Positions 8,301 through 19,773 of a stretch of DNA of 64,000 nucleotides are shown in pieces. Positions within the stretch are counted from its first letter, which is position 1. Each line of letters opens with the position of its first letter. Source of the stretch: Mycobacteriales bacterium (lineage in GTDB: Bacteria > Actinomycetota > Actinomycetes > BP-191). The notes beneath the pieces are model-generated. The model was not told the origin of the DNA. It did not search any database and saw only the letters and a program-made list of their open reading frames with translations. The translations under genes and the position numbers were made by a program. Where the stretch lies: assembly GCA_035536235.1 (NCBI GenBank), contig DATLOQ010000045.1, positions 40,882 to 104,881 of the forward strand. The letters are read 5' to 3'.

Positions 8301-9263
8301 GTCGGAGAGGATAGCCGAGCCTTCGGGCGGCTCGTCGGCGTCCGGATCGCGGGGTGCGGTAGCCGGGTCGTCCCGGAAGCGCCGGGTCTGTGCCTCGATG
8401 AGCACCACCAGCAGTACGCCGTAGACCGGGAGGTGCCCGATCAGCTCCCGCCAGCCGAGCAGCGGCAGGGTGGCGTTGAACGGAATGCCGACGAGTACGA
8501 CGGTGAGCCGCGGCAGCCGGCCCGATAGGAGCAGCGCACCGAGGGTCAGCTCGATGGCGGCCGCCGTCCAGATGAACTGGTCGGTGGTGAAGATCCCGAG
8601 CTGCTCGTAGATGTTGAAGGAGGACTCGAGCTCGAGGAAGGCGCGAGCCAGGCCCGGGTTCAGCAGCTTCTCGGAGAAGGCCAGCAGCATCAACGCCACT
8701 CCGGTCAGCACGCGCATCACGGTGGCGGCTGTCGGGTTGACCTCAGCCCGCTCCTGGGGAGTCGCGCCCCGGCCCCGGGCGAAGGCGAGGTAGACCGCCG
8801 CACCGAGCAGGTCGGCGCGCTCCAGGATCGGCAGGAGGCCGTAGAACGGGATGCCGATCGCGCCGGCCGCGACGAGCAGCGCGGCCGCAGCGGGACGGCG
8901 GATGCCTGTGATGAGCATCGCCGCGGTGACGACCTCCACGACGACGAGCACCCGCCCGGCGGGCCCTTCCGTCAGTCGCATCGAGGGGGCGAGATAGCCG
9001 CCATCCAGAGCGGTGCCGAGCAGTGCAAAGCCGGCGTGCAGGCCGAGCAGCCGCGGTAGCCAGGGCCGCAGCCGGACCAGCAGGTCGAGGCGGCGCAGCC
9101 GCGGCTCGCCCCACCGCCGGTCGACGTACCAGAACACCAGGCAGCTGACGAGGGCGAGCGAGACCGCGATCAGAGTCGGCACGTCGTTGAGGCGGTCGTA
9201 CTCCACCGGAAACCGGCGGGGGTCGCGGACGAACCACGACTCGTGCGCAAGCACTGCGGCCAT
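8286..9263 (-). CDS. Integral membrane protein (multi-TM, unknown function)
   Basis: Hydrophobic multi-helix ORF. The 3' end overlaps the 5' end of tRNA-Ser(GGA) by about 15 nt; start ambiguous (9263 or 9296). Confidence 0.5.
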   Translation of the reverse strand: MAAVLAHESWFVRDPRRFPVEYDRLNDVPTLIAVSLALVSCLVFWYVDRRWGEPRLRRLDLLVRLRPWLPRLLGLHAGFALLGTALDGGYLAPSMRLTEGPAGRVLVVVEVVTAAMLITGIRRPAAAALLVAAGAIGIPFYGLLPILERADLLGAAVYLAFARGRGATPQERAEVNPTAATVMRVLTGVALMLLAFSEKLLNPGLARAFLELESSFNIYEQLGIFTTDQFIWTAAAIELTLGALLLSGRLPRLTVVLVGIPFNATLPLLGWRELIGHLPVYGVLLVVLIEAQTRRFRDDPATAPRDPDADEPPEGSAILSDGGFA

Positions 9264-9367
9264 GCGCCCATCGTCCCCCTCGCCCCGCCGAATCACTCCC
9301 CGTCACGGAGACCCCTGCTGCAGGCGAGCCCGGCCGGGTGTCTGCCGCACCCTCTAGACTGCCCGGC

Positions 9368-9460
9368 AGACCCCTCGCGCGACGCGCATCCTGTGAACCT
9401 CCCCAGGGCCGGAAGGCAGCAAGGATAAGCGGGCTCTGCCGGGTGCGCGGGGGGTCCTTC
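9368..9460 (+). ncRNA. ffs: Signal recognition particle RNA (small/4.5S type, ffs)
   Basis: Domain IV core CCAGGGCCGGAAGGCAGCAAGG matches the universally conserved SRP RNA motif (E. coli CCAGGUCAGGUCCGGAAGGAAGCAGCCAAGG); terminal helix cccctcgcgc / gcgcgggggg; conserved position just upstream of dnaX. Confidence 0.7.
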
Positions 9461-9488
9461 TCGGAGGCGGCTGCGCCTCCACTCCTGC

Positions 9489-11465
9489 TTGGTCGGAGTG
9501 GTCGGAGGACCTGTGGCACTGGCTCTCTACCGGAAGTACCGCTCGTCGACGTTTGCTGAGCTGGTCGGCCAGGAGCACGTCACCGAGCCGCTCATGCAGG
9601 CCCTGCGCAACGACCGGGTGCATCACGCCTACCTCTTCTCCGGCCCCCGCGGCTGTGGAAAGACCTCGAGCGCCCGCATCCTTGCTCGTTCCCTCAACTG
9701 CGAGAAGGGTCCGACGCCGGACCCGTGCGGCACCTGTGATCAGTGCGTGGCGATCGCCGGAGGCACGAGTCTCGACGTCGTAGAGATCGACGCGGCAAGC
9801 CACGGCGGGGTGGACGACGCGCGCGATCTGCGTGAGCGGGCCTTCTTCTCCCCGGTTTCCGCGCGCTACAAGATCTACATCGTCGACGAGGCGCACATGG
9901 TCTCGCGTGAGGGCTTCAACGCGCTGCTCAAGCTGGTCGAGGAGCCCCCGGATCACCTGAAGTTCATCTTCGCGACCACCGAGCCGGACAAGGTCATCGC
10001 GACGATCAAATCGCGCACCCACCACTACCCCTTCAGGCTGATCCCGCCGAAGAAGCTCACCGAGCTGCTGCAAGGCATCTGCGCGGCAGAGCAGGTGCAG
10101 GTAGAGGCGGGTGCCCTCCAGCTCGTCGTCCGGGCCGGGGGTGGTTCGGCCCGAGACGCTTTGAGCGTGCTCGACCAGCTGCTGTCGGGCGCGGGCGGTG
10201 AGGGCGTCACCTACGAGCTCGCCCGCGACCTGCTCGGTGTCACCGACGGGGCACTGATCGACGAGCTGGTGGACGCGGTCGCCGTGCGTGACGGCGCGGC
10301 CGTCTTCGACGTCATCGCGCGGGTCGTCGAGGCTGGCCACGACCCGCGGCGGTTCGCCAGCGACCTCCTGGACCGCTTCAAGGACCTGCTGGTGGTGCAG
10401 CGGGTGGCGGATGCCGTGGAGCGCGGCCTGGTCGACTGCCCACCCGACCTCGGTCCCCGGCTTGCTCAGCAGGCGGGCGCGTACGGCGCGGCGGAGCTCT
10501 CCCGGGCGGCCGACCTGCTCTATGCCGGACTGACCGAGATGCGCGGTACGACCAGCCCGCGGCTCACCCTGGAGCTGGTCTGCGCCCGCATCCTGCTCCC
10601 GGCCGCCGCCGCAGACGAGTCAGCGACGTTGGCCCGCCTTGATCGGTTGGAGCGGCGCCTGTCGATAGCCGGCGACGCCGCCGGTGCGGCGCCGGCACCG
10701 GCTCACGCGCAGCCAGCGGCGCCCCCGCCTCCCACGCCGACCCGGCCCGAGCGCCCGGCGCCGAGTTCCTCCCGCACAGCGGCACCGCCAGCGGGCTCGC
10801 CGACTGCACCCGCCACAGCTCCGCCCGATCGGGCTCAGGCGGTGGCATCGCCCGCGGCGGACGATTCCCCGGCGGCCCCGGCAGCGGTCGCGACGACAGC
10901 GCCCGAGGAGGCACCTGCCGGAGCGGCCGAAGGGGTCGGCGCGCTCGACGCCGCGGGGGTGCGCCGGGTGTGGGAGCAGGTGCGCGAGGCAGTGAAACGA
11001 CGGAGCCGGACCACGCAGGCCCTGCTACTCGACGCGATGGTCACCGAGGTCTCGCGCACGCACGTGACGCTGTGCTTCCCGACCAGCCCGCTGGTGCGGC
11101 AGTTCGAGCGGGCCCCCAATCCGGACAACGTCGCGGCCGCGCTGCGGGAGGTGCTGGGCGTGGAGTGGAAGGTCACGGCGATCTTCAAAGATGACGCCGG
11201 CGACTGCGTCGATGAGAGCCGAGCCGTGGCGAGCTCGACTCGCCAGCCCGCAGCGCACGACGACCCAGCATCGCACCAGCCGGCACAGCCGAGTGCGCGC
11301 GCCGCGGCGCAGGCCACCGAGAGCTTCGCTCCTGGTGACGCACCCGGCGAGGAGTCGCCCGGCGGCGCGCCGCAGGCGCCGGCTCGACGTACAGAGGAAG
11401 ATCCTGCTGTCGCGCTCCTGAGGTCCAACCTCGGCGCGCGGGTGATCAGCCAGAGTGACGACTAG
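9489..11465 (+). CDS. dnaX: DNA polymerase III subunits gamma/tau
   Basis: ALYRKYR, Walker [10 protein letters not shown], Zn-module [16 protein letters not shown], Pro/Ala-rich tau linker. Confidence 0.9.
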   Translation: MVGVVGGPVALALYRKYRSSTFAELVGQEHVTEPLMQALRNDRVHHAYLFSGPRGCGKTSSARILARSLNCEKGPTPDPCGTCDQCVAIAGGTSLDVVEIDAASHGGVDDARDLRERAFFSPVSARYKIYIVDEAHMVSREGFNALLKLVEEPPDHLKFIFATTEPDKVIATIKSRTHHYPFRLIPPKKLTELLQGICAAEQVQVEAGALQLVVRAGGGSARDALSVLDQLLSGAGGEGVTYELARDLLGVTDGALIDELVDAVAVRDGAAVFDVIARVVEAGHDPRRFASDLLDRFKDLLVVQRVADAVERGLVDCPPDLGPRLAQQAGAYGAAELSRAADLLYAGLTEMRGTTSPRLTLELVCARILLPAAAADESATLARLDRLERRLSIAGDAAGAAPAPAHAQPAAPPPPTPTRPERPAPSSSRTAAPPAGSPTAPATAPPDRAQAVASPAADDSPAAPAAVATTAPEEAPAGAAEGVGALDAAGVRRVWEQVREAVKRRSRTTQALLLDAMVTEVSRTHVTLCFPTSPLVRQFERAPNPDNVAAALREVLGVEWKVTAIFKDDAGDCVDESRAVASSTRQPAAHDDPASHQPAQPSARAAAQATESFAPGDAPGEESPGGAPQAPARRTEEDPAVALLRSNLGARVISQSDD

Positions 11466-11485
11466 ACCCACCGAGAGAAGGCACT

Positions 11486-11815
11486 ATGCGACCGCCGGCC
11501 GGCCAGCCCAACATGCAGCAGCTCATGAAGCAGGCGCAGAAGATGCAGCAGCAGATGCTGGCTGCGCAGGAAGAGCTCGCCCAGGCCGAGGTGAGCGGCA
11601 GCGCCGGCGGCGGGCTGGTGTCGGTCACCGTGCTGGGCAACGGCGAGCTGCAGTCCATCGCGATCGACCCCAGCGTCGTCGACCCCGAGGACATCGAGAC
11701 GCTGCAGGACCTCATCGTCGCTGCCGTGCGCGATGCCAACCACGCGGTGTCCGAGCTGCAGGCCGAGAAGATGGGCCCGCTGGCCGGCGGCATGGGCATG
11801 CCGGGATTGGGCTAG
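11486..11815 (+). CDS. ybaB: Nucleoid-associated protein YbaB/EbfC
   Basis: [15 protein letters not shown]...[18 protein letters not shown]; conserved position between dnaX and recR. Confidence 0.85.
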   Translation: MRPPAGQPNMQQLMKQAQKMQQQMLAAQEELAQAEVSGSAGGGLVSVTVLGNGELQSIAIDPSVVDPEDIETLQDLIVAAVRDANHAVSELQAEKMGPLAGGMGMPGLG

Positions 11816-11818
11816 ACC

Positions 11819-12418
11819 TTGTACGAAGGGCCGGTCCAGGACCTCATCGACGAGCTCGGCCGGCTGCCCGGGGTGGGCCCGAAGGGCGCGCAGCGCATCG
11901 CGTTCCACCTCCTCCAAACCGATCCGGCCGACGTGCGCCGGCTAGCGCTGGCGCTGACGGAGGTCAAGGACAAGGTCCGGTTCTGCTCGATCTGCTTCAA
12001 CGTCGCCGAGCAGGAGCAGTGCCGCATCTGCCGAGATGAACGACGGGACCTCACGGCGATCTGCGTGGTGGAGGAGCCCAAGGACGTCATCGCGATCGAG
12101 AAGACCCGGGAGTTCCGCGGTCGCTACCACGTCCTTGGTGGGGCGATCAGCCCGATCGAGGGTGTCGGACCGGACGACCTGCGCATTCGCGAGCTGCTCG
12201 CCCGCCTGGCCGACGGCGTGGTGACCGAGATCATCCTGGCCACCGACCCCAACCTCGAGGGCGAGGCGACGGCTACCTACCTCGCGCGGCTGCTCAAGCA
12301 GCTCGAGCTGCGAGTGACCCGCCTCGCGAGCGGTTTGCCGGTGGGCGGTGACCTGGAGTACGCCGACGAGGTGACCCTCGGGCGGGCATTCGAAGGCCGG
12401 CGTCTGCTCGACGTCTGA
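11819..12418 (+). CDS. recR: Recombination protein RecR
   Basis: [24 protein letters not shown] helix-hairpin-helix, C4 zinc finger CSICFNV...CRIC, Toprim region. Confidence 0.9.
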   Translation: MYEGPVQDLIDELGRLPGVGPKGAQRIAFHLLQTDPADVRRLALALTEVKDKVRFCSICFNVAEQEQCRICRDERRDLTAICVVEEPKDVIAIEKTREFRGRYHVLGGAISPIEGVGPDDLRIRELLARLADGVVTEIILATDPNLEGEATATYLARLLKQLELRVTRLASGLPVGGDLEYADEVTLGRAFEGRRLLDV

Positions 12419-12514
12419 GCTCTGGCAACCTCCATTGACGCCCGCGCGACGGGGGAGCACGCTGCAGAAACGAAGCGCGCATTTCGGGCGTGCTCACCAC
12501 TCCTAAGGGCAGCC

Positions 12515-12820
12515 ATGATCCGCATGTCCCGTCAGCGCACTGTGATCCTGGGCGTCGCCTCGGCAGCTGTGCTTGTCTCGCCGGTGAGCGGGATCGCCGG
12601 CGCAGCCGGCCTCGACGCCCCGCAGATCGCCGACCAGCTGATCGCTCCCGGCGTCGTGACCGTCCCCGTGGTGACGGTCCCGGTGGTGACCGTTCCCGAC
12701 GTGCCGGCGCTTCGCGTCCAGGTGCCCACCACCCCCGGTCTGCCGGCGGCGGCGACCCTCGACGCAGCCGTCGCTCCGGCAGCCGCGCCCGAGGTCAAGC
12801 TCTGCGACAAGGCCAAGTAG
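12515..12820 (+). CDS. Small secreted protein with VVTVP tandem repeats
   Basis: Signal peptide followed by GVVTVPVVTVPVVTVPDVP repeats; no recognised family. Confidence 0.3.
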   Translation: MIRMSRQRTVILGVASAAVLVSPVSGIAGAAGLDAPQIADQLIAPGVVTVPVVTVPVVTVPDVPALRVQVPTTPGLPAAATLDAAVAPAAAPEVKLCDKAK

Positions 12821-12833
12821 CCGCTCTGCTTCG

Positions 12834-13619
12834 CTAGCGGGTGGGGCTCGGCGTCGGCAGGTCCGGCAGGGCGGCGGGCCGGGCCGGTGGGTCGAAGAGT
12901 GCTGAGGCCGGCACCGGTCCTCGGGACGTCAAGATGAGGGTCCCGGTCGACACGGTCAGGCGGGTGAGCAGCCCGTCGTCGGCAAAGCAGTACTGACCGG
13001 TCTCGAAGCCGGTCGGATCGGCCGGCGCGCTGGGAGTCGCGCTGGCCTGCTCAGTCGATGCGCTGCGGCGTACGTCAAAGCACTCGGCCGCCGGCTCGCC
13101 CTCTGCCAGTGCTTTGCCGGGCTGCGTCTCGACGACGTACGACGACGGTCGCGCGGCGAGATCTGCGACGGCGTCGGAGAACAGGCGCTGCACGCCGGGA
13201 TCGAAGATGTCGGGGACCGGTTCCCCCGGCCGCGCCACCAGGAAGCAGGACGGCTTGCCTGCGCTCACGCGACAGGAGACGACGGTGCCGGCGCGCTGGA
13301 TGTAGATCGACGGCTCAGCGCCACCCAGCTGCACATCCACCCGGTAGCTCGGCGGTGCGGCCACGATGCGAATCGTGCCGCGGTCTCCGGTCCGGGCGTC
13401 CAAGCTGTACGTCGCGTCGTACGACGCTTTCGCGGCAAGTCCGGCCAGCTCGGCCAGCCGTCGCTGTGCTGCGCTGAGACCACCTGGCACCTTGACTGAG
13501 GGTGCCGACTCGCCGGAGCTGCCTGAGCTGCAGCCGGCGACTAGAGCGGCAACAGCGATGGCGGCGGCTGATAAGCGACGACGATTTCCCACGCCGGCGA
13601 TCGTGCCATGCCACCGCAA
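12834..13619 (-). CDS. Lipoprotein (unknown function)
   Basis: N-terminal signal with lipobox LVAGC|SSGSS. Confidence 0.5.
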   Translation of the reverse strand: MRWHGTIAGVGNRRRLSAAAIAVAALVAGCSSGSSGESAPSVKVPGGLSAAQRRLAELAGLAAKASYDATYSLDARTGDRGTIRIVAAPPSYRVDVQLGGAEPSIYIQRAGTVVSCRVSAGKPSCFLVARPGEPVPDIFDPGVQRLFSDAVADLAARPSSYVVETQPGKALAEGEPAAECFDVRRSASTEQASATPSAPADPTGFETGQYCFADDGLLTRLTVSTGTLILTSRGPVPASALFDPPARPAALPDLPTPSPTR

Positions 13620-13709
13620 GCGAGCAGGCCAGGCACCCGTAGACTCGGCTCGCGTCGTCGGGCACCTGCTCGCCCTCTCGGCCCAGCCACTGCGCTCCTA
13701 GGAGGTCGT

Positions 13710-14981
13710 ATGCCGCTCGTCGTGCAGAAGTACGGCGGCTCCTCCGTGGCTGACGCCGAGCGCATCAAGCGCGTCGCCGAACGCGTGGTGGAGGCGCGTC
13801 GGACCGGGCACGACGTCGTGGTCGTCGTCTCCGCCATGGGTGACACCACTGATGAGCTGGTCGACCTCGCCCACCGGGTCACCCCACTGCCTCGCGGCCG
13901 CGAGATGGACATGCTGCTGACGGCCGGTGAGCGCATCTCCATGGCCCTGCTCGCGATGGCGATCGCCAACCTCGGACATGAGGCGAAGTCCTTCACCGGC
14001 TCCCAGGCCGGCATCATCACCGATTCCAAGCACGGCAAGGCGCGGATCATCGACGTGACGCCGGGGCGCATCCGCACCGCGCTCGACGAGGGCGCCATCG
14101 TGATCGTCGCGGGCTTCCAGGGAGTGAGCGTCGACTCCAAGGACATCACGACCCTGGGTCGGGGCGGCTCGGACACGACTGCGGTAGCCCTCGCCGGCGC
14201 ACTGCACGCCGAGGTCTGCGAGATCTATACCGACGTGGACGGCGTCTACTCCGCCGACCCACGCGTCGTACCCACCGCTCGCAAGCTCGCTGTCGTGTCG
14301 TACGAGGAGATGCTCGAGCTCGCTGCCTCCGGCGCCAAGGTGCTGATGCTGCGCTGCGTCGAGTACGCCCGCAACCACGGCATCACCATCCACGTCCGGT
14401 CGTCCTTCAGCGGCGCGCAGGGCACGCTCATCGTCAGCCAGGAAGAGGCGGCCACCATGGAGCAGGCGATCATCTCCGGCGTCGCGCACGATGTCACCGA
14501 GGCGAAGGTCACCGTCGTCGGGGTGCCCGACAAGCCGGGCGAGGCGGCCGCGATCTTCCGGGCGCTGGCCGACGCCGAGATCAACATCGACATGATCGTG
14601 CAGAACATCTCTCAGGCCGCGACCGGCCGCACCGACATCTCCTTCACCCTGCCCAAGGACGACGGCGCGCAGGCGATGAGCGTGCTCGACAAGGTGAAGG
14701 ACTCGATCGGGTTCGAGTCGCTGCAGTACGACGACCACATCGGCAAGGTCTCTCTCGTCGGCGCTGGGATGAAGAGCCATCCCGGTGTCTCCGCGACGAT
14801 GTTCGGCGCCCTGGCCGATGCCGGCGTCAACCTGGAGATGATCTCGACGTCCTCGATCCGAATCTCCGTGGTCTGCCGCGACACCGACGTACCGCCGGCG
14901 GTACGGGCGATCCACTCCGCCTTCGACCTCGACGACCCGGGCGGCGAGACGGCCGCAGTGCACGGCGGCTCCGGCCGCTAG
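13710..14981 (+). CDS. lysC: Aspartate kinase (alpha subunit)
   Basis: [13 protein letters not shown] start preceded by RBS ggagg; two C-terminal ACT domains. Confidence 0.9.
   Translation: MPLVVQKYGGSSVADAERIKRVAERVVEARRTGHDVVVVVSAMGDTTDELVDLAHRVTPLPRGREMDMLLTAGERISMALLAMAIANLGHEAKSFTGSQAGIITDSKHGKARIIDVTPGRIRTALDEGAIVIVAGFQGVSVDSKDITTLGRGGSDTTAVALAGALHAEVCEIYTDVDGVYSADPRVVPTARKLAVVSYEEMLELAASGAKVLMLRCVEYARNHGITIHVRSSFSGAQGTLIVSQEEAATMEQAIISGVAHDVTEAKVTVVGVPDKPGEAAAIFRALADAEINIDMIVQNISQAATGRTDISFTLPKDDGAQAMSVLDKVKDSIGFESLQYDDHIGKVSLVGAGMKSHPGVSATMFGALADAGVNLEMISTSSIRISVVCRDTDVPPAVRAIHSAFDLDDPGGETAAVHGGSGR
14457..14981 (+). CDS. lysC: Aspartate kinase beta subunit, translated from an in-frame internal start within lysC
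   Basis: Internal ATG ([23 protein letters not shown]) preceded by ggaagagg. The actinobacterial lysC alpha/beta nested-gene arrangement is established knowledge. Confidence 0.6.
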   Translation: MEQAIISGVAHDVTEAKVTVVGVPDKPGEAAAIFRALADAEINIDMIVQNISQAATGRTDISFTLPKDDGAQAMSVLDKVKDSIGFESLQYDDHIGKVSLVGAGMKSHPGVSATMFGALADAGVNLEMISTSSIRISVVCRDTDVPPAVRAIHSAFDLDDPGGETAAVHGGSGR

Positions 14982-15061
14982 ACCTGAGCTCCACGCGGTG
15001 TGCGCTCGGCTGGAGCGCGGGCCCACGCTAGATGGTGCGCCGGCGCTCCGACCTGGGCGAC

Positions 15062-16765
15062 CTAGCGGCGGCGCTGGCGGGGCGGGGGCGGGGAGACGAC
15101 CGTCGACTCCTCAAGCCGAGCCTCGTCCACCGTCCACGGCGTGCCGTTCATGCCATCGGAGATGTCGCCGGCGACGAAGCGGGTGCGGGCGAACCGCAGG
15201 AGCGGCAGCGTGACCGATCCGCCGCCGACGGTGACCGAGGTGTGTGAGACGCCGGGGGTGAACCACTCGTCGTCGGAGCCGGACAGGTGGATGCCGATGC
15301 GGTGGCCGGCGAGGAAGCGCCAGTCCTGCGGGTAGAGCGTGTACGACACCGTCTGCGCCCCGGTCTTGGCCGAAGCGAACGCACCGCGCGCCACGAACGT
15401 CGCCTCGCCGTTCTCGTCGATGTCGTAGAGGTGCGCGACGACGTTCGCGTACGGCGCGACGGTGGAGACCTTCGCCGCGATGGCGACCTCGCCGGCCAGG
15501 TGGGCGTCGTACGGCAGCGGTCGGCTGACTGTGAGGTGCCCCTGCCCGGCGCTCGCGCCGTCGGCGTTGTTGCCGGGCTCGTCGACGTAGCTGCCCTTGC
15601 GGATCGGCATCGACCAGCGCAGCGCGTCCGCCGGCGGCCACGCTGCCTCGTGCCGCCAGCGCCCCTCGCCATTGCCCTCCTGCACGGTGACGGCGGCGTC
15701 GGTCTTGGTGCGGGTCCCGCGCACGTGACGGTCGAGGAAGCGCACCGACTCGTCGAGGAATCCCTCGCGACCGACCGCAGCCTCCTGCCCCCGGACGTGG
15801 GTGTACTGGCCGAACCAGGCTTGCTTCGGGCCGCGCAGGGATGTCCAGATGGGCAGGTGCTGCGGCTTGGTATTGGCGTCGGCGAAGCCGTGCGACCACA
15901 GCACCGGCACGGTAGAGCCGGCGGCCTTGAGGTAGGGCTCTTTTCCTTTCCAGAAGCTGCTGGCTCTGTCGCGCTCGGTGTTCATCCGGGCGAGCCCGTC
16001 GGAGCGGCAGGTGGGGTTGGCGGTGAGACCGGACGCGGTCGCCGCGGCGTACTGCGGTGAAGTAGCCGTGGCCGTGTTCTGGGCGGGCCCGACGTCGTCG
16101 ACGGTGTAGACACCGGTCGTCGCGTAGCGTCCGCCCGCGTAGTGCACGCCGTTCATCCAGAGCGCGGTGTACGCCGAGAGCCCCGGCGCCTGGATCACTG
16201 ACGCGGCCAGCCCCCTCGGCTTCGAGGCGAGCGCCAGGACCTGCTGGGCAGCGTCGTAGGACTTGCCCCACATGCCGATCCGGCCAGTCGACCAAGGCGC
16301 CTTGGCCGCCCACTCGACGGCGACCTTCACGTCGGCCGCCTCGTCCGGGAGGTAGTAGGAGAAGCAGCCCCCGGAGCCGCCGAAGCCGCGCACGTCAACC
16401 TCGACGTAGGCCCAGCGCCCCTTGGCCCAGCCGGAGTGCTCGAAGAGCTCGGGGAAGCGCACCGGCGGCGCGCCGTCGAGGTTGCCCGGGCTGCCGGCAC
16501 CGCCGTTGGGTGAGGCGTACGGCGTCGAGACGAGCAGCACCGGGTGCCGCTCTGTGGCCTTGCGGTCGGCGGGCAGGAAGACCCCGGCGTGCAGCTGCGT
16601 GCCGTCGACCGAGGTAAACCACGCATGCGAGTAGGTGTAGCCCTCGGGCACCGGGGCCGCGGTCGCCGGGAGCGACACCACGGCCGCAGCAACCGCGACC
16701 AGGGCGAGCAGAGCCCGCAGGAGGCGGGTCCGCCGGGAGTGGGAGTTTCCGAGGCGAGCAGTCAT
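15062..16765 (-). CDS. CocE/NonD family hydrolase (S15 X-Pro dipeptidyl-peptidase-like), secreted
   Basis: Signal peptide ([28 protein letters not shown]), GMWGKSYDA serine-nucleophile motif, C-terminal beta-sandwich. The rest of the 960-aa ORF is antisense to asd. Confidence 0.75.
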   Translation of the reverse strand: MTARLGNSHSRRTRLLRALLALVAVAAAVVSLPATAAPVPEGYTYSHAWFTSVDGTQLHAGVFLPADRKATERHPVLLVSTPYASPNGGAGSPGNLDGAPPVRFPELFEHSGWAKGRWAYVEVDVRGFGGSGGCFSYYLPDEAADVKVAVEWAAKAPWSTGRIGMWGKSYDAAQQVLALASKPRGLAASVIQAPGLSAYTALWMNGVHYAGGRYATTGVYTVDDVGPAQNTATATSPQYAAATASGLTANPTCRSDGLARMNTERDRASSFWKGKEPYLKAAGSTVPVLWSHGFADANTKPQHLPIWTSLRGPKQAWFGQYTHVRGQEAAVGREGFLDESVRFLDRHVRGTRTKTDAAVTVQEGNGEGRWRHEAAWPPADALRWSMPIRKGSYVDEPGNNADGASAGQGHLTVSRPLPYDAHLAGEVAIAAKVSTVAPYANVVAHLYDIDENGEATFVARGAFASAKTGAQTVSYTLYPQDWRFLAGHRIGIHLSGSDDEWFTPGVSHTSVTVGGGSVTLPLLRFARTRFVAGDISDGMNGTPWTVDEARLEESTVVSPPPPRQRRR

Positions 16766-16846
16766 GGCCTGATGGTTCGACAGTCGACAGGTCCCGTCCT
16801 GCTCAGGCCTCGTAGGCCCGTGCCTCCGCCTCGTAGACTCGGGCCT

Positions 16847-17905
16847 ATGAGTCGCCAGCCCACCCTCGCCGTGGTCGGTGCCACCGGCGCCGTCGGCACC
16901 GTCATGCTCGACCTGTTGTCCAGCCGCGCCGACGTCTACGGCGAGATCCGCCTCGTCGCCTCGGCCCGCTCTGCCGGTCGGCTGCTGAGCGTGCGCGGAG
17001 ACTCTGTCGCGGTGCAGGCGCTGGCCCCTGACGTTTTCGACGGCGTCGACATCGCGATGTTCGACGTACCCGACGAGGTGTCCGCGGAGTGGGCGCCGGT
17101 CGCCGTGGCGCGCGGTGCGGTGGCGGTCGACAACAGCGGCGCGTTCCGGATGGACGATGACGTGCCGCTGGTCGTGCCGGAGGTCAACGCCGCTGCCGCG
17201 CGGGTCCGGCCCAAGGGGATCATCAGCAACCCCAACTGCACGACGCTGTCGATGATCGTGGCGATGGGAGCCTTGCACCGGGAGTACGGTCTCGAGGCGC
17301 TCGTCGTGGCGTCCTACCAAGCGGCCTCCGGCGCGGGCCAGGAGGGCATTGACACCCTCTACGACCAGATCGAGAAGGTGGCCGGCGATCGCGAGCTCGG
17401 CTCGCGGCCGGGGGACCTCCGCGAGGTGATCAGCGACCTCGGCCCGTTTCCCTCCCCGCTTGCGCTCAACGTCGTGCCGTGGGCCGGCTCGCTGAAAGAG
17501 GATGGATGGAGCTCGGAGGAGCTCAAGGTGCGCAATGAGTCCCGCAAGATCCTCGACCTGCCGGCCCTTCGGGTCTCCGCCACCTGCGTGCGCGTCCCCG
17601 TGGTCACCACTCACTCGCTCGCGGTGCACGCGACCTTCCGCGACGTGGTGCCGGCCGCCGCTGCCCGCCAGGTGCTGCAGCGATCCCCGGGCGTGATGGT
17701 GATCGACGAGCCCGAGCTGGGCCGCTTCCCGACTCCCGCGGAGGTGGTCGGCACCGACCCGACCTGGGTCGGTCGGATCCGCCAGTCGCTGGACGACCCG
17801 CACTCCCTCGATCTCTTCCTGTGTGGCGACAACCTCCGCAAGGGCGCGGCGCTCAACACCGCGCAGATCGCCGAGCTGGTGGCGGCGGAGATTCGCGAGA
17901 GCTGA
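16847..17905 (+). CDS. asd: Aspartate-semialdehyde dehydrogenase
   Basis: [14 protein letters not shown] motif and active-site SNPNCTT. Confidence 0.9.
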   Translation: MSRQPTLAVVGATGAVGTVMLDLLSSRADVYGEIRLVASARSAGRLLSVRGDSVAVQALAPDVFDGVDIAMFDVPDEVSAEWAPVAVARGAVAVDNSGAFRMDDDVPLVVPEVNAAAARVRPKGIISNPNCTTLSMIVAMGALHREYGLEALVVASYQAASGAGQEGIDTLYDQIEKVAGDRELGSRPGDLREVISDLGPFPSPLALNVVPWAGSLKEDGWSSEELKVRNESRKILDLPALRVSATCVRVPVVTTHSLAVHATFRDVVPAAAARQVLQRSPGVMVIDEPELGRFPTPAEVVGTDPTWVGRIRQSLDDPHSLDLFLCGDNLRKGAALNTAQIAELVAAEIRES

Positions 17906-18099
17906 TGGCCGCCTACGAGTACCGCGCGCTGGAGCTGCCCGCACGGGCCGACCGCGAGCACGTGCGCGAGGTGCTCACCATCCATGCGCAGTACGGCGAC
18001 TGGGAGCTCGCCCGGCATCGCGTCTGGCCTGATGGTCGGCGCAGGGTCACGCTGCGCCGGCGGCTGCGCCCTGGCGCCGCGTCCTACCTGCCGACCTGA
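17905..18099 (+). CDS. Small conserved actinobacterial protein (DUF-type, roughly 64 aa)
   Basis: [12 protein letters not shown]...WELARHRVWPDGRRRV; start overlaps the asd stop (TGATG). Confidence 0.5.
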   Translation: MAAYEYRALELPARADREHVREVLTIHAQYGDWELARHRVWPDGRRRVTLRRRLRPGAASYLPT

Positions 18100-18184
18100 C
18101 GCCGGTTCCCCTACCTAGGCGCACCGCGCCGCTCAGCACGAAGGGGCCGTCGGACCTGCCGACGACCCCTTGGCGATGGTGCTG

Positions 18185-18262
18185 TGGTCGGGATGGGGAG
18201 ATTCGAACTCCCGGCCTCCACGTCCCGAACGTGGCGCGCTAACCAAGCTGCGCTACATCCCG
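18185..18262 (-). tRNA. tRNA-Pro (anticodon CGG)
   Basis: Reverse complement: CGGGATGTAGCGCAGCTTGGTTAGCGCGCCACGTTCGGGACGTGGAGGCCGGGAGTTCGAATCTCCCCATCCCGACCA. Confidence 0.85.
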
Positions 18263-18308
18263 ATACAACGCGGCGAAGTCTACTGGCCGCTAGGCGCGGC
18301 CCACGAAT

Positions 18309-19208
18309 TCAGCAGTCGGCCATGGGCCAGGCGGGCACGAGCCGAAGCAGAGTGGCCTCAGGACGGCAGGCGAAGCGCACGGGAGCGTACGGCGACGTGC
18401 CGAGGCCGGGCGAGACGTGCAGCCACGCCCCGTCGTAGCGGGAGAGCCCTCGGGCGCGCGGGCGGTCGATGCCGCAGTTGGTGACGATCGCGCCGTAGCC
18501 GGGGAGCCGCAGCTGGCCGCCGTGCGTGTGCCCGCACAGCATCAGCTCGAATCCAGCCGCCGCGAAGCGGTCGAGGGCCCGCGGCTCCGGGGCGTGCACC
18601 AGTGCCAGGTGCAGGTCGCGACCGGGGCTGACGGGTGCGTCCGCCACCGAGAGGTCGTCGCGGCGCAGATGCGGGTCGTCGACGCCGGCCACTTCCAGGG
18701 TGCGGTTGCCGACGGCCATCGTCGTACGCCGGTTGGTCAGGTCCAGCCAGCCGCCGGCCGTCATCCCCGCGACCAGGTCCTGCCACGGGTTGGCCCTCCC
18801 GTGCACCCGCTTGTGGCCGGGGAAGAAGTACTTGAACGGGTTCTTGGGCTTCGGCGCGTAGTAGTCGTTGGAGCCCAGCACGAACGCACCGGGAAAGCGC
18901 AGCAGCGGACCCAGCGCGTCGAGCATGGCCGGGACGCCGTACGGCGACGAGAGGTGGTCACCCGTGCTCACCACCAGGTCCGGTGCGAGCTCGGCGAGCT
19001 CAGCCACAAAGCGCTGCTTGCGGCGCTGGCCCGGCATCATGTGGATGTCGGAGATGTGCAGCAGACGAAGCGGCGCAGCATCCTCGGGCAGAAGCGGCAG
19101 CTCGACCTGGCGCAGTCGGAACGCGTTGCGCTCGATCCCTGCCGCGTAGCCGAGCGTGGCCACGCCCAGGAGGCCGAGCGCGGTCGGTACGGCGTACGCG
19201 GGCCTCAT
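18309..19208 (-). CDS. Metallophosphoesterase (calcineurin-like), membrane-anchored
   Basis: N-terminal TM helix plus LLHISDIHM...GDH...GHTHGG phosphoesterase motifs. Confidence 0.75.
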   Translation of the reverse strand: MRPAYAVPTALGLLGVATLGYAAGIERNAFRLRQVELPLLPEDAAPLRLLHISDIHMMPGQRRKQRFVAELAELAPDLVVSTGDHLSSPYGVPAMLDALGPLLRFPGAFVLGSNDYYAPKPKNPFKYFFPGHKRVHGRANPWQDLVAGMTAGGWLDLTNRRTTMAVGNRTLEVAGVDDPHLRRDDLSVADAPVSPGRDLHLALVHAPEPRALDRFAAAGFELMLCGHTHGGQLRLPGYGAIVTNCGIDRPRARGLSRYDGAWLHVSPGLGTSPYAPVRFACRPEATLLRLVPAWPMADC

Positions 19209-19275
19209 GGTCCTCCCGGGTCTAGGGTCGGTCGTCCGAGTCACCATCCTCACGGATTTCCCGGAGCATCGCCCG

Positions 19276-19734
19276 ATGAGTGCCCTCAAGGACCGCCTGC
19301 AGGCCGACCTGACAGCAGCGATGAAGGCTCGCGACGAGCTGCGGCTCGCCACCCTGCGGATGGCGCTCACCGCGGTGAAGACCGAGGAGGTGGCCGGCGG
19401 CGAGGCCCGCCAGCTCGATGACGGCGAGGTGCTGACGGTGCTCACCCGCGAGGCCAAGAAGCGGCGCGAGGCCGCTGAGGCGTTCGACGCGGGCAGCCGG
19501 CCGGAGCTGGCCGCACGCGAACGAGCGGAGGGTGCGGTGCTCGAGGACTACCTACCGGCGCCGATGTCTGACGATGACCTCAGCGCTGTCGTGGCTGCCA
19601 CCATCGCAGCGACGGGCGCGGCTGGGGCAGCGCAGATGGGGCAGGTGATGAAGTCAGTGACACCGCAGGTGGCCGGCCGTGCCGAGGGTGGTCGGGTGGC
19701 CGCCGAAGTGCGCCGCCAGCTGTCCGTCGGCTGA
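19276..19734 (+). CDS. GatB/YqeY domain-containing protein
   Basis: MSALKDRLQADLTAAMKARDELRLATLRMALTAVKTEEV. Confidence 0.75.
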   Translation: MSALKDRLQADLTAAMKARDELRLATLRMALTAVKTEEVAGGEARQLDDGEVLTVLTREAKKRREAAEAFDAGSRPELAARERAEGAVLEDYLPAPMSDDDLSAVVAATIAATGAAGAAQMGQVMKSVTPQVAGRAEGGRVAAEVRRQLSVG

Positions 19735-19773
19735 CGTCGGCACGCGCCGCCGCGCCATGACGGCGAACTCACC

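Noticed and set aside
9354-10340. 328-aa minus ORF inside dnaX, plus several other long antisense ORFs in the window (for example 18417-19421 antisense to the phosphoesterase gene, 8743-9519 over the SRP RNA and dnaX start)
   Set aside because: All are antisense to genes with strong family signatures and show Arg/Gly/Pro-rich low complexity. They are high-GC artefacts.
16766-17944. N-terminal extension making the CocE/NonD ORF 960 aa
   Set aside because: The extension is antisense to asd, which has unambiguous motifs. The hydrolase has its own signal-peptide start at 16765.
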